A stretch of 64,000 bases of DNA, from the NCBI RefSeq assembly GCF_006345805.1, contig NC_043009.1:59892001-59956000 (forward strand), in the 5' to 3' direction. The position numbers were made by a program, and so were the translations under genes. This document shows positions 13,176-26,111 of this stretch, piece by piece (within the stretch, counting starts at the first letter, position 1; each line of letters starts with the position of its first letter). The notes under the pieces were generated by a model, which ran no database searches, was not told the origin of the DNA, and saw nothing but the letters and a program-made list of their open reading frames with translations. Source of the stretch: Octopus sinensis (lineage: Eukaryota).

Positions 13176-13340
13176 TATGACGGGCTTCTTTTCAGTTTCC
13201 GTCTACCAAATCCACTCACAAGGGTTTGGTCGGCCCGAGGCTATAGCAGAAGACACTTGCCCAAGATGCCATGCAGTGGGACTGAACCTGGAACCATGTG
13301 GTTCGTAAGCAAGCTACTTACCACAGCCACTCCTATGCCT
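12885..13340 (-). mobile_element. SINE family A/B, full length
   Basis: Reverse complement of 5997-6404 with an internal (CA)/(TA) tract. Confidence 0.9.
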
Positions 13341-13603
13341 TTTGTTACCATATTTTTCTTGGAATACACTGCCTTTGTGTTAACTTTAAAAATAATGAAG
13401 AATTTAATAAAATGTCTTTATTTTTCACCTAATGTTTGAAACATAACTGAACTTGAAATTTTGATGGAAAATGTTAAATTTAGATTAGTGGTTCTCAACT
13501 AGGGTCCATAAAACCCTTGGGGATCCCTATAAGATTGTGTTGTTAAAATTTTTATGCAATAAATAATTGGTTCCACTTCTGCGATACACAAAATATTTTA
13601 ACA

Positions 13604-13678
13604 ATAGCCTCGGGCCGACCAAAGCTTTGTGAGTGGATTTGGTAGACGGAAACTGAAAGAAGCCCGTCGTATATATGT

Positions 13679-13748
<70 letters not shown>

Positions 13749-14108
13749 GTGTGTGTGTGTATGTATATGTGTGTGTGTGTATGTATATGTGTGTGTGTGT
13801 GTGTGTGTATGTATATGTGTGTGTGTGTGTGTATATATGTGTGTGTGTGTGTATGTATATATATATGTGTGTGTATGTATATATATATGTGTGTATGTTT
13901 GTGTGTCTGTGTTTGTCCTCCCCAACATCGCTTGACAACCGATGCTGGTGTGTTTACGTCCCCGTAACTTAGCGGTTCGGCAAAAGAGACCGATAGAATA
14001 AGTACTAGGCTTACAAAGAATAAGTCCTGGGGTCGATTTGCTCAACTAAAGGCGGTGCTCCAGCATGGCCACATTCAAATAACTGAAACAAGTTAAAGAG
14101 TAAAGAGT
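13604..14108 (+). mobile_element. SINE family A/B, 5'-truncated, expanded internal (TG/TA) microsatellite
   Basis: Same body and tail; internal microsatellite ~230 bp. Confidence 0.88.
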
Positions 14109-14373
14109 AATTATTTTTATACAATTCCGAATATTTTATTCTGAAATTACAATACAATTTTTTTTAAGCATCAAAACGGGAATCAAAGGGATTCATTTTA
14201 AGACATGAAAATTTGTTTCATAGAAATAAGGGAGGTCTCTAAAGGGTTTAAGTAAAAAATCCTGTCAGTTTTGTAACTTAGTCGAACTAGTATACTGCAT
14301 GTTACCACTATTGTAACAGTGTTTTGCTTGTATTAATCTTTTAATTTTCCTGCTTTTTCTCTTATCTTTTCAG

Positions 14374-16373
14374 GTGGAAATGTTTTCTGTATGAGAATCT
14401 GGGGTCAACAAAGTGGACCTTACATTCAAGCTATGCATTTTGCTTTCGGTATTGGTGCCTTTATTGCCCCACTGTTAGCTAAACCCTTTCTGGCTCCTGT
14501 CATATCAAGCAACATGACACCAATCTTAACCCACCCCCACCTGCACGTGCATATTCCAGGCATGGATGCCAAACAGCATCTGTTATATCTGCGGGACGTT
14601 CCACAACCACTTACCTGGAATCAGTCTACAGGTGGCATCAGCACAACTACCAAATATTTCACTGATAGTAACAGTAGCGTATTGGCAGCGGACAACAGTT
14701 CCCGAACCCGGTACCCTCTGGCGCCAACCCTCACGTCCACATCACCAAGACCGAAAAAACCAAACAGTGCTAATGGAAAATTCCTCAAGAAAAATTTTGC
14801 CGACGGCCAGAACATCAAAACTCATTTGAAGCAATCGGAGAAGAATAAGAATGCAGCAGAGAATCCGCCAAATGTCGTAACGACATCGTCCACCACCTCT
14901 TTGAGTATGACTACGAACAGGTTGGCAGCATCTGCTAACGGTTCAACTGCAACCTCATCTCCTTCCCTGTCTGTAGACTCAGCTTCTGTCACCACTGCTA
15001 ATATTAAAAATACTGGTACTACTACTACTACAACCACTACTCCTACTACTACAACAACAACAAGGAAAGCAACTGCTGCTGCTGCTACTACTCCTACCAC
15101 TGCTACAACTACTACTACTACTTCTACAACTGCTGCCACTGCAGAAAGTAAGGCAGTAGTGACAGCTTCAGTTGGGCCTACACCCTCCTCCATTCTACAG
15201 TTAAGGACCGTAACAAATTATGTGACGAAGCAGAAAATTAACCAGAGTACTTCTGCTGCTGCTAATACTACCACCAATAGTAACCATGTTAGTAGTAGTA
15301 GTAATAGTAACAATGGTGGGAATAACTCAGTATTGACAGGTGGAAATTCTTATTTGCCCTCCAGTAATCAGTCAGTGTCAACGGAAAATCCCGCATTGAC
15401 CACATTCCACCCACAAAAGCCTGAGACATTTGACAAGATGCTGAACAACGCCATCCATGCTGTGAAGGGCATGTCCCACATCCAGTTTGCTTACATGATT
15501 ATCGGCGTTTTGCTCTTTCTTATTAGCATCTTCTTCATGTGTCTCTACTGCTACGACAAATCCTACCAGAGTCCAGTTGCTTATCGGAGCGACCGGAAAC
15601 ACAAGTCATGCTTCGAGGACCAGGGTTTCCGCATCCAGATCCTCATTGCTCTCTTCATATTCTTCTTCATGTATGTCGGCATGGAAGTTACATTTGGCGG
15701 GTTTATAATGATTTTTGCTGTCGAACAGTTTCACTGGAACAAAGACAATAGTGTGATGCTAACATCACTGTTCTGGGGAGCACTTGCTACTGGCCGGGGT
15801 ATATCTATTTTTATTACCAGATGCTGTGTCCCTTGTTGGATGCTCGTTACAAACATCACACTAGTCCTTCTTGCCAGTTTAATCTTATCGTTTGGCCTGT
15901 CTCACTATCAGGTTCTCCTCTGGGTTGGTACTTTACTGTTTGGGCTTGGTCTCTCATCCTTGTTCCCAACAGGGATGTCATGGGCCGAAAGCTACATGAC
16001 AATGACTGGAAAAGCGACAGCTGTCCTGATAGTCGGTTCAGCGTTGGGTGAGATGATACTACCAGCCATTACTGGTTTCTTCTTCACCAAAAAGAAGATG
16101 GTTTTGATGTACATAATGTTCAGCCTCAGCCTGCTTAGTTGTCTGTGTTTCATCATAATGCAGAATCTCGCTTCGAACCAGCATCGCAAGTCAATGAGGA
16201 GCGAGCTTTCGTCCTCACTCGAGCAACAGCAGCAGGTGTCACTGATGAACGGCTCACCTTCCAGCCTGTCCCACGGATGCAACGGCGACCTTACATGTCG
16301 CAAACACGTGACTTTCAAACTCGATCATGACAGGGTCAAATACGACCGGCTCCACTCTTCAGATGAGGAATAA
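14374..16373 (+). CDS. MFSD4B: MFSD4B-like coding exon 3 (GGNVFCMRIWG...stop TAA): TM5, S/T-rich loop, TM6-12
   Basis: TTTTCAG acceptor (AG 14372-14373) completes the phase-1 Gly codon. Contains QAMHFAFGIGAFIAPLLAKPFL and FFFMYVGMEVTFGGFI...LFWGALATGRG...LSSLFPTGMSW, typical of MFSD4/FucP-like MFS. Total CDS 189+286+2000 = 2475 nt = 824 aa plus stop. Confidence 0.92.
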
Positions 16374-16378
16374 GAAAC

Positions 16379-16384
16379 AATAAA
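16379..16384 (+). promoter_or_regulatory. Candidate polyadenylation signal AATAAA
   Basis: AATAAA 6 nt after the stop codon, with more copies in the (AAAAT)n run and T-rich sequence downstream. The real 3' end is unknown. Confidence 0.3.
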
Positions 16385-16888
16385 AACAAAGGAATGAAAA
16401 TAAAATAAAATAAAATAAAAATTGTGAGGTGGCAAAGGAGAAAAAAAACCCTTTTTTTTTTTAAAAAAAGAAAAAAAGAAAATTTATGTTTATATATTTA
16501 TTTAGAAAATAATTATTTTTTAAATTCTATATTTTTTATTTATTATTTGATTATTATTATTTTCATTCTTTTCTGCTCCTCCACATCAAAGACCTCTACC
16601 CCTTGCCCCACCCCCCATCTCTAAACTACTTCAATCCTTGATCTTTCACTCATCCTTGCCACACTCCAGTTGTGTTTTTTTTTCCTGCAATTTGCTAAAC
16701 AAAAATAGTATTCCTTTTGTTTTGTTTTTTATAAATAGTTTTTTTTTTATCTTTGTTTATTTTTGATTGTTACATTGCTATTTTTTTTTTGTTCTTTATT
16801 TTGGTTTGTATGTGAGTGTGAACGCTTTACATTCCATTTCAGTATAATGTAATGTCTGTATATATACATAAACTTTGAGTACAGATAT

Positions 16889-16929
<41 letters not shown>

Positions 16930-17084
16930 GATATATATGAGTAGTCATTGAATATCTTTGCTCATATACACCACACAGACAGTTGAATATGTATTTACAC
17001 ACATACCCACACACACATTAGCATACATGTAGATTTGCACACTCACTCACACAAAGACACACACACACATATATATATATATAT

Positions 17085-17312
17085 AGAAAAAGTAGGCCAA
17101 AATTATCCAAAATTCACACATACACACACACACCACACACACACATATATATTAAGAAAATGTAGGCTAAAATTATCCAAAATTCACACACACACACACA
17201 CACAACACACACACACACACACACACATATATATTAAGAAAATGTAGGCTAAAATTATCCAAAATTCACACACACACACACACACAAAGAAAATGTAGGC
17301 CAAAATTCCCTC
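17085..17312. repeat. Composite minisatellite: GAAAATGTAGGCTAAAATTATCCAAAATTC spacer + (CA)n, ~4 copies
   Basis: Spacer recurs at ~17086, 17156, 17237, 17289. Confidence 0.8.
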
Positions 17313-17877
17313 TGCCTTCTTTTTCTTAATATACAATATCTGTATACCACTTCAAACACTCTATACATACATACATGCATGCATGCATACACACACACAC
17401 ACATTCACACATGTACATACACACCATGTGTTTCTAGAAGTCTACCTAGGTTTCTCAATATATAAAGCATATTTAAACATTGCCTTACTTATGGAGACAC
17501 CCTGTATGTATGTATGTACGTACGTGTATATATCTATCTGTATGTATTATACACACACATCCATATACAAATGCACGTAATTAAAAATCTTATTTATTAA
17601 CAACAATTGGATGAAATCATTGATGTTTAAATTAATTTTGATGCAACTTGCTTATTTATTAATGAAGAGAAACATTTTTTTTTTTGTAAGAAAGTTTTCC
17701 ATTTGTTAAATAAACAAGGGATTTATATTTTCCTTATTATTATTATAATTATTGTTATTGTTATTTCAAATTTCACTGAAGTCAACTTTGCTTTTCGTCC
17801 TCCCTGGGGGTCAACAAAATGAAGTATCCATTAGGCACTTGGGTCAACTAAACTCCTCCCCAAATTTCAGGGACTCA

Positions 17878-18195
17878 TTCTTTTGTAAGCCCAGTACTTA
17901 TTCTATCGGTCTTTTTTGCCGAACCGCTAAGTTACGGGGACGTAAACACACCAGCATCGGTTGTCAAGCAATGCTAGGGGGACAAACACAGACACACAAA
18001 CACACACACATGCATATATATACATATATACGATGAGCTTCTTTCAGTTTCCGTCTACCAAATCCACTGACAAGGCTTTGGTCGGCCCGAGGCTATAGTA
18101 GAAGACACTTGCCCAAGGTGCCACGCAGTGGGACTGAACCCGGAACCATGTGGTTGGTAAACAAGCTACTTACCACACAGCCACTCCTGCGCCTA
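17878..18195 (-). mobile_element. SINE family A/B, tail-truncated
   Basis: Homology to 12885-13340. Confidence 0.85.
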
Positions 18196-18631
18196 TAAGA
18201 GGATAAACCCCCCCAAAAAAAACCTGCATCCTTCTGCCACACCATGTTGAGCCAGTGTGAAAGAGTAAGCTCATGAAACCAGTTTGATGTCAAGCACAAT
18301 TTCACAGCTTCCATGTCAGATTTGAAGCTGAGTGTCTGGGAATATGAGGAACAGTTTTGTTATTTTAATGTCTACTAAATATATATTAGAAGCTGACATA
18401 CATTTGGAGAATGGCTGTGTGGTAAGTAGCTTGCTTACCAACCACATGTATATGTATGTATATATTTATATATATATATATATATATATATCATCATCAT
18501 CGTTTAACGTTCGCTTTCCATGCTAGCATGGGTTGGACGGTTCAACTGGGGTCTGGGAAGCCCGAAGGCTGCACCAGGCCAGTCAGATCTGACAGTGTTT
18601 CTACAGCTGGATGCCCTTCCTAACGCCAAAG

Positions 18632-18663
<32 letters not shown>

Positions 18664-18905
18664 ACGGGCTTCTTTCAGTTTCCGTCAACCAAAATCCACT
18701 GACAAGGCTTTGGTCAGTCCGAGGCTATAGTAGAAGACACTTTCCCAAGGTGCCACAGTGGGGTTGAACCCGGAACCATGTGGTTGGTAAGCAAGCTACT
18801 TATTACAGGAAAAAAGAAAAGAAAACATCAAGCCATACTCTTAGTTTCTTTCAGCCATAGTAGGATACAACTTTCAAAGATTTCTTTTATTTATTTATTT
18901 GTTTA

Positions 18906-19412
18906 CCGTAAATCCTCGATTATAGTCTGCCCTTGAGTATAATACGCAGGGGATTTTAGGGGGCTGTACCTCTGAAAAGCCTAAACCTTGTGTATAATAT
19001 GCAACCTTCTCTAACTTGAGTCAAGGAGGTCTATATAACGTCCTTGGTTTGTAAAAATGTATACGGTAACGTCCTTTATTATTATTGTATATATAACAAT
19101 GCAAACGTGTAGCTTTTTTGTGCATTTTGTTTGCAGAAAATAAAGAAATAACAGTAATAACGTTTAATAAATGTTGCTTACTGCAAGTTATGGATGATTC
19201 TTTTATGACTTCATTGCTTTCAGGCGTAGCTTAAGGTATTTTCGCACCCGACATCACAAAATGCATCTGAATAAACATTGTCGGACAGCAAATAGAGACT
19301 CGGACATTGCTTAGAAAATAATTTTCATTTTTAACCTCGTATATAGTACGCACTAGGGATTTTGACCTTTAAAATTGGGGAAAAAATGCGGATTATACTC
19401 GAGGACTTACGG
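18906..19412. mobile_element. Tc1/mariner-superfamily MITE (~510 bp), copy 1
   Basis: TIR CCGTAAATCCTCGATTATA...TATACTCGAGGACTTACGG, TA on the left; second copy at 54091-54602. Confidence 0.88.
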
Positions 19413-19829
19413 TTTTTTTTTTGCCGATTATTTATATTGAAAGCTGTAGAATCTGATATTAATTTTATTGGTATTTAATTGAAATGTCAAATTAACGTCA
19501 TATTTTCATGAGTTGCCTCCCTTTAACGACTTTCGTTCGTAGCCTTTGAAGGAGCGATACTGAAAGAAGCTCATCATCTGACGGTGCGCATGCGTGTTTG
19601 TCCCCCCCCCACCCCATCACTTGACATCCGGTGTTGGTGTGTTTACATCCTCGTAACTTTGGGATTCGGCAAAAAAAAAAAAAAAGACCGATAGAAGTAA
19701 CCGGGGCCGACACGTTCGACTTAAAATTCTTCAAGATAGTGCCCCAGCATGACCACAATCTAAAGACTTGAAACGAGTAAAAGATAAAAACTAGCACCGC
19801 ACTAGTCTGAAAAAGTTAAAACTATCTTA

Positions 19830-20500
19830 TTGTTATGAAGCATGACAGCGGATGTGAATGTACTATCAAAAGTCTTGCAAAAAGACTATCTGAGGCTTTA
19901 TATAGCTATGGTGCGGCCTCACCTGGAATTTGCATCACCGGTCTGGAACCCCTATCTTGCCTAGGATATTAATCATCTGGAAACCGTTCAGCGACGTGCA
20001 ACCAAGAGAATACTCTCCATCAGGCATTTGCCATATTCTGAACGCCTTACATCCCTGGGCATGGATACATTGAAACTCCGACGTCTGGCAGCTGACTTGG
20101 CAGTCACCCATAAAATTATTAACCATCTTACTAATAATAACTCTGAGCACCTTTTCAAACTCCACCTGTCTAACACCCGTGGACATGTTTACAAAGTCAG
20201 AAAAAAGCACAGCTCCCATGACTTTCGGAAACATTTTTTCACGCTAAGAGTTACTGAAGTATAGAACAAACTGCCGGCATCAGTTGTTAGTTGCTGGAGC
20301 ACTGCATCCTTCAAAACTTCCATGCTTCCTGAGATTCGCCAACACTACACCTGATTTTCTCCCCTCCATACACACGCAAGCATGTATCTGACTCATACAC
20401 TGTTCACTTCCCAGACATTTGTACATTACTGCATATGCTTTATACGCACTTTTGACAAGTTGTGGTGCACTTGAGCACTGTATACAATAATTTCATTATG
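19830..20500 (+). mobile_element. CR1-type LINE 3' fragment (decayed RT C-terminus + 3'UTR)
   Basis: Translates to LYIAMVRPHLEFASPVWNP..*..LETVQRRATK...YSERL..LGMDTLKLRRLAADL...TRGH...RKHFFTLRV, with in-frame stops. Confidence 0.9.
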
Positions 20501-21575
20501 CCTACTTAAAAAAAAATGTATATATATATATTGTATTTTATGCATGCATAGTAATCAGAGTAACCTTCATCATAGCATTAGTTGAATATTTTGCCATAAA
20601 AGGAAAATGTTGCTATCGATCTATTTTATTCAAGGTAGGCACTGCTTACCTTGCCTACCTAGGTGGCACGTTTCTGAAATACATCTACCTGAGAGAGTGC
20701 TGAAAAATTCCTGGCTTTAAGAGTATCACAAAAGGCCCAACGTACCGAGTTCTATCACAGGGCTTAGAAAAACTGAAGGACCAATTATAATAATCCAGTC
20801 TCATTTTTTCTCTGGACCTCTGGGACTGCATTACCTTAAGGGCCCTTTTTTTTCAAGACTGTGGAGTTTAACATGAGGGAGATTTCGCTCTATTTCTAGC
20901 ATGATAAACAGACCTATGATTAAAGGCATTCCAGCTGTGATAATTTGTTTTTCATTGAGCTGTACCTTATCTAAGACGATGTCATCCAATCGCTTTTTTT
21001 TTAACGTAGTATGTTGCAATTTAAGAAAGATTTGGCTGCTATTTTTAGCATATCTTGTGACGATGTAGAGATCTTCTAACTTTGGTGAGGACAGTGTTGT
21101 CTCCCTTAGTGTTCAACTTGATAAAAACGTTCTCTCATTGCAAGCCAACATTTATTATTTATGTTGGTCTCTGGTAAAAGCAAGCAAACTTGCATAATGT
21201 ATGAACCAAATAAATAATACAAACGTCAGATATTCGAGAGCTGAAAAACACGAACAAAATTTACATTCATGTTGGATCTTGCTAAACTTCTAACCACTTC
21301 AAATTTCAAATTTTCGTCAAATTTGTTTTAAAAAATTTTCTACATTTACGTAACTTCCTGGAAAAAAAATTAAATAAATAAAATGAATACGATTTTCGTC
21401 TTCAGTATTCGAAACTAGATTGGTTAAAAATAATCTAGTAAAAATTTGAAAGAATTCGAGTGGTGGGAAGAAATTTACCAAGATGCTGCATGTTTTGTAA
21501 TGTTGCATGAATATTTTGTCAAAAAAAAAAAAAATTACGAACTTTAAGATTTAAGAACTTTAAAAATTAAGAAAT

Positions 21576-21918
21576 AGGCGTAGGAGTGGCTGTGTGGTAA
21601 GTAGCTTGTTTACCAACCACATGGTTCCGGGTTCAGTCCCACTGAGTGGCATCTTGGGCAAGTGTCTTTTACTATAGCCTCGGGCCGACCTAAGCTTTGT
21701 GAGTGGATTTGGTTGACGGAAACTGAAAGAAGCCCGTCGTATATATGTGTATGTATATATATATATATGTGTGTGTGTGTTTGTGTGTCTGTGTTTGTCC
21801 CCCCAACATCGCTTGACAACCGGTGCTAGTGTGTTTACGTCCCCGTAACTTAGCGGTTCGGCAAAAGTGACCAATAGAATAAGTACCAGGCTTACAAAGA
21901 ATAAGTCCTAGGGTCGAT
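21576..21918 (+). mobile_element. SINE family A/B, tail-truncated
   Basis: AGGCGTAGGAGTGGCTGTGTGG head, internal microsatellite, B part. Confidence 0.88.
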
Positions 21919-21999
21919 ATCGTCCATATGACAATCAGAAATTATCAGGCAATAAACGCCATTATTTACTGTTAGTAGGTTTTATAAGTCTTCATTTTA

Positions 22000-22383
22000 A
22001 TGGAAGCACTCCGTCGGTTACGACGACGAGGGTTCCGGTTGATCCGATCAACGGAACAGCCTGCTTGTGAAATTAACGTGTAAGTGGCTGAGCACTCCAC
22101 AGACACGTGTACCCTTAACGTAGTTCTCGGGGATATTCAGCGTGACACAGAGAGTGACAAGGCCGGCCCTTTGAAATACAGGTACAACAGAAACAGGAAG
22201 TAAGAGTGAGAGAAAGTTGTGGTGAAAGAGTACAGCAGGGATCACCACCATCCCTGCCGGAGCCTCGTGGAGCTTTTGGTGTTTTCGTTCAATAAACACT
22301 CACAACGCCCGGTCTGGGAATCGAAACCGCGATCCTACGACCGCGAGTCCGCTGTCCTAACCACTGGGCCATTGCGCCTCCAC
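22000..22383 (-). mobile_element. SINE family E, full length with 15-bp TSD
   Basis: TSD TAAGTCTTCATTTTA at 21985-21999 and 22384-22398; A/B boxes on the minus strand; near-terminal hairpin GTTCCGGTTGATCCGATCAACGGAAC. Confidence 0.93.
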
Positions 22384-23249
22384 TAAGTCTTCATTTTAGT
22401 TGTGAGTCGAACAATGATGATGATGATGTGAGTCATTAAAAATTAGAGCCGCATCCAGTGTTTATACACCTTGACTTCATAAACTTCATTACAGGAAACA
22501 GTGATTCACTGCAAAAATAGAAATGAATCGCATTCGTTTTCTTAGTCCAGAATATTTTAGTGGTGGTGGTGACGATGATGGTAGTGACTTGTTTTCAGAA
22601 CTTAATTTTCATCAGAGATTCAGGTCCATTTCAACAGCAGATTATTCTGTAAGCAGAAGTTCAAGAATAGGACAATTTTAGGGAGTGTGAAAGGATTTAC
22701 AAGTTTTTCTGAGTCATCGAATTTGACGAAGAGATTACTAAGGAATCGTTGTAATTTATTTTGGTAAATTTCAGTTTGTGGTCCTTCTTTTCAATCTCAG
22801 AGAATGTGTTTATTCCTTTCTTGTAGAGATTGGGAAATTGACTGGTATTTCTTGAGAATATCTTCCTTTGAAGTTTTTAAAAAAATTTTATTCTGTAAAC
22901 TGAACATAATCTGAGTAAAAATCATAAACAATCGTAGACTTACCTCGAAGTGACAAATTGAGAGATCGTAGTTGAGTCATTATATATCAAATGTTATAAG
23001 AAGGCCAGCAATTTCGAGAGAGGGGTTAAGTCGATTACATCGACCTCACTGCTCAACCCTGAAAGGATGAAAAGCAAAGTCGACCACGGCAGAATTTGAA
23101 CTCAGAACGTAGAGATGGGCAAAATGCCGCTTAAGTATTTTGCCCTGACTGCTAACAATTTTTTCAGTTCGTCGCTTTAGTTGAGTTACTATATCAGTAA
23201 GGAACATCAGTTGTTGTATTCATTCAGCATTTTCCAGTTATAAATAATA

Positions 23250-23503
23250 ATAAATGCGCCCTTTTAAAGCCTAGCCAGGCTCATGGGCCCGGTTTCCCGG
23301 TTTCAATGGCGTATGTATTCCCCAGCTGGATAGGACGCCAACCCATCGCAGCGTTACTCATTTTTGCCAGCTGAGTGGACTGGAGCAACGTGAAATGAAG
23401 TGTTTTGCCCAAGAACACAACGCTTCGCCCGGTCCAGGAATCGAATCCACAATTTTACGATCATGATGCTGACACACTAACCACTAAGCCACGCGCTTCC
23501 ACA
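23250..23503 (-). mobile_element. SINE family F (tRNA head GTGGAxGCGCGTGGCTTAGTGG)
   Basis: A/B boxes; GTTGCTCCAGTCCACTCAGCTGGC block; other copies at ~24345-24568, 28285-28560 (+), 35878-36135, 61296-61385. Confidence 0.85.
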
Positions 23504-23589
23504 CATTTTCCGGTTAAGGATAGGATATTTTCTTTAAGAAAAGTAATAATAGATTCCGACAGAGCTAGAAACCTATTCAAGACATTGGT

Positions 23590-23938
23590 GGTGGTGGTGA
23601 CCCCCTTCGGTCAGACACTGACCATGGGTTTGCACCTAGAGAGTTATCCTCTGAGGCACAAGTCTGGGCAAGGTTGTTTTTGTATGGAAGACCAGCAGTC
23701 GCCCATGCATACCGGCCTCCCCTCTCCACGTCACCGATGTTGTCCAAGGGAAAGGCAAGGGCCGATACAGCTTGGCACCTGTGACGTTGCAACTCATTTC
23801 TACAGCTGAGTGAACTGGAGCAACGTGAAATAAAGTGTCTTGCTCAAGAACACAACACGCAGCCCGGTCCGGGATTCGAGCTCACAACCTCACGATCGTA
23901 AGCTCGACGCTCTAACCACTGAGCCACGCGCCTTCACA
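23590..23938 (-). mobile_element. SINE sharing the family F head with a different tail
   Basis: Minus head GTGAAGGCGCGTGGCTCAGTGGTTAGAGCG...GAGCTCGAATCCC. Confidence 0.8.
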
Positions 23939-24569
23939 AGACATTACTAGTCAACAAACACCTCACAGTTTAGTCGAAAGAATCATTATAGGGTTCATCT
24001 CCAAGCTCCAACTCCTCAGATAAAATTTCTAAAATGCCGTGCTGTAAGATCGAACTTGAAACTACATGGCTACGAAGGAACTTTCTTAACTATAACTATG
24101 TCGGAAAGCTCAAGAAGGCAATATTATTCAAGCTTTGGAGACAGAGATTCAGAGCAAGCGGCTTCTTGGAGCAGCCCTCTAGAGGTAGATTTAAACACTC
24201 TGCCATTTTTCTCTGTTTCATTGTGCTGTAGATCTAATTTCGTTAGAAACAAATTTAATTCGGTAAGGAATCTTCAAGCAAACATAAGGAAATTACCATC
24301 TCATATACCAGTAAGCAAAGTAAAGCCACGCTCGAGTCCTAGGACTCATAGTGTTGGTTACTCGGTTTCCACGGTGCTTAAGTGACCGAGATCACAAGAT
24401 TTCCCCACTGAATAGAACACCAGTCCGTCGCAGGGACATACATCTGTAGCAAAGCGGACTGGAGTACCGTGAAATGAAGTAGTTTATTCAAGAACACTAC
24501 CCATCACCAGATCGGTGATTCGAAACCACGATCTTACGAACGCGAGAGCAATACCCTAATCATTAGACA

Positions 24570-25310
24570 GCGGCGAGCTGGCAGAAACGTTAGCACGCCG
24601 GGCGAAATGCTTTGTGGTATTTCGTCCGCCGCTGCGTTCTGAGTTCAAATTCCGCCGAGGTCGACTTTACGTTTCATCCTTTCGGGGTCGATAAATTAAG
24701 TACAAGTGACGCACTGGGGTCGATGTAATCGACTTAATCCGTTTGTCTGTACTTGTTTGTCCCCTCTTTGTTTAGCCCCTTGTGGGTAATAAAGAAATAG
24801 GTATTTCGTCTGCCGCTACGTTCTGAGTTCAAATTCCGCCGAGGTCGACTTTGCCTTTCATCCTTTCGGGGTCGATTAAATAAGTACCAGTTACGCACTG
24901 GGGTCGATATAATAGACTTAATCCCTTTGTCTGTCCTTGTTTGTCCGCTCTGTGTTTAGCCACTTGTAGGTAGTGAAGAAATAGGTATTTCGTCTGCCGC
25001 TACGTTCTGAGTTCAAATTCCGCCGATCTCGACTTTGCCTTTCATCCTTTCGGGGTCGATTAAATAAGTACCAGTTACGCACTGGGGTCGATATAATAGA
25101 CTTAATCCCTTTGTCTGTCCTTGTTTGTCCGCTCTGTGTTTAGCCACTTGTAGGCAATAAAGAAATAGGTATTTCTGAGTTCAAATTCCGCGGAGATCGA
25201 CTTTGCCTTTCATCCTTTCGTAATCGATAAATTAAGTACCAGTTTCGCACTGGGGTCGGTCTAATCGACTGGCCCCCTCCCCCAAAATTTCGGGCCTTGT
25301 TCCTTGAGAA
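24570..25310 (+). mobile_element. SINE family C tandem concatemer (~4 body units)
   Basis: One head GGCGAGCTGGCAGAAACGTTAGCACGCCGGGCG followed by repeated GTTCTGAGTTCAAATTCCGCCGAGGTCGAC... bodies. Confidence 0.9.
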
Positions 25311-25699
25311 GAAAAGATTCTTTACAAGGTAGAGTGGTTACAGTGAAGAATTTAACAGCCGCAGTTACAATTTATTCAAGGGAAGTAACTCAGTGAGAAT
25401 AACTCCCGATAGCTGAAATTATAATTACACGACATTAAACTGTTTATATTATTGAGTTAAGGAGGTGTACCGGCAGAATCGTGATCGCGCCGGGCAAAGT
25501 GCTTAACCCGCCAAGACGAAATTGCTGGCCTTGTGTCAAAGTTTGAAGCCAATAGTTTTAAATCAAAATAGCTACTACAAACACATATTTATATGATCAA
25601 AAACACATCAAGGATTAAATCGGATTTCTTTTTCACCTGCTTAAATCTTTTAGAGTAGAATTTTCGCCCCCATGCCGCCGTTCTCTCAAGTGTATACAG

Positions 25700-25723
25700 T
25701 TAATCGCCTACGTATGTGTGTGT

Positions 25724-25762
<39 letters not shown>

Positions 25763-25798
25763 CATGTATGTATGTATGCATGTATGTATGTATGTATG

Positions 25799-25829
<31 letters not shown>

Positions 25830-26110
25830 ATATGTATGTATGTATGTATATATGTATGTGTGTGTGTATGTATGTATGTATGTGTGTGTGTATGTATGTA
25901 TGTATGTGTGTGTGTGTATGTATGTGTGTGTATGTATGTATGTAAGTATGTATGTAAGTATGTATGTATGTATGTATGTATGTGTGTATGTATGTATGTA
26001 TGTATGTGTGTATGTGTTTATGTATGTATGTATGCATCATGTATGTATGTATGCATGTATATATATGTATGTGAGTGTATGTATGTGTTCCAACACACAC
26101 ACACACACAT
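25700..26110. repeat. (TG)/(TATG)n microsatellite
   Basis: Seen directly. Confidence 0.95.
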
Positions 26111-26111
26111 A

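Noticed and set aside
13487-13603. hAT-like terminus TAGTGGTTCTCAAC (similar at ~1535)
   Set aside because: Only one end is visible, with no matching TIR or 8-bp TSD.
22290-22383. tRNA-like sequences at SINE heads (also ~6000, 7050, 23450, 23900, 36100)
   Set aside because: They have A/B boxes but are fused to SINE bodies, repeated and TSD-flanked, so they are not functional tRNA genes.
22600-22990. Possible minus-strand exons (donor-like GTAAGT complement at 22938-22943, acceptor-like near 22893)
   Set aside because: The implied intron is only ~51 bp, frames close quickly, and no recognisable protein results.
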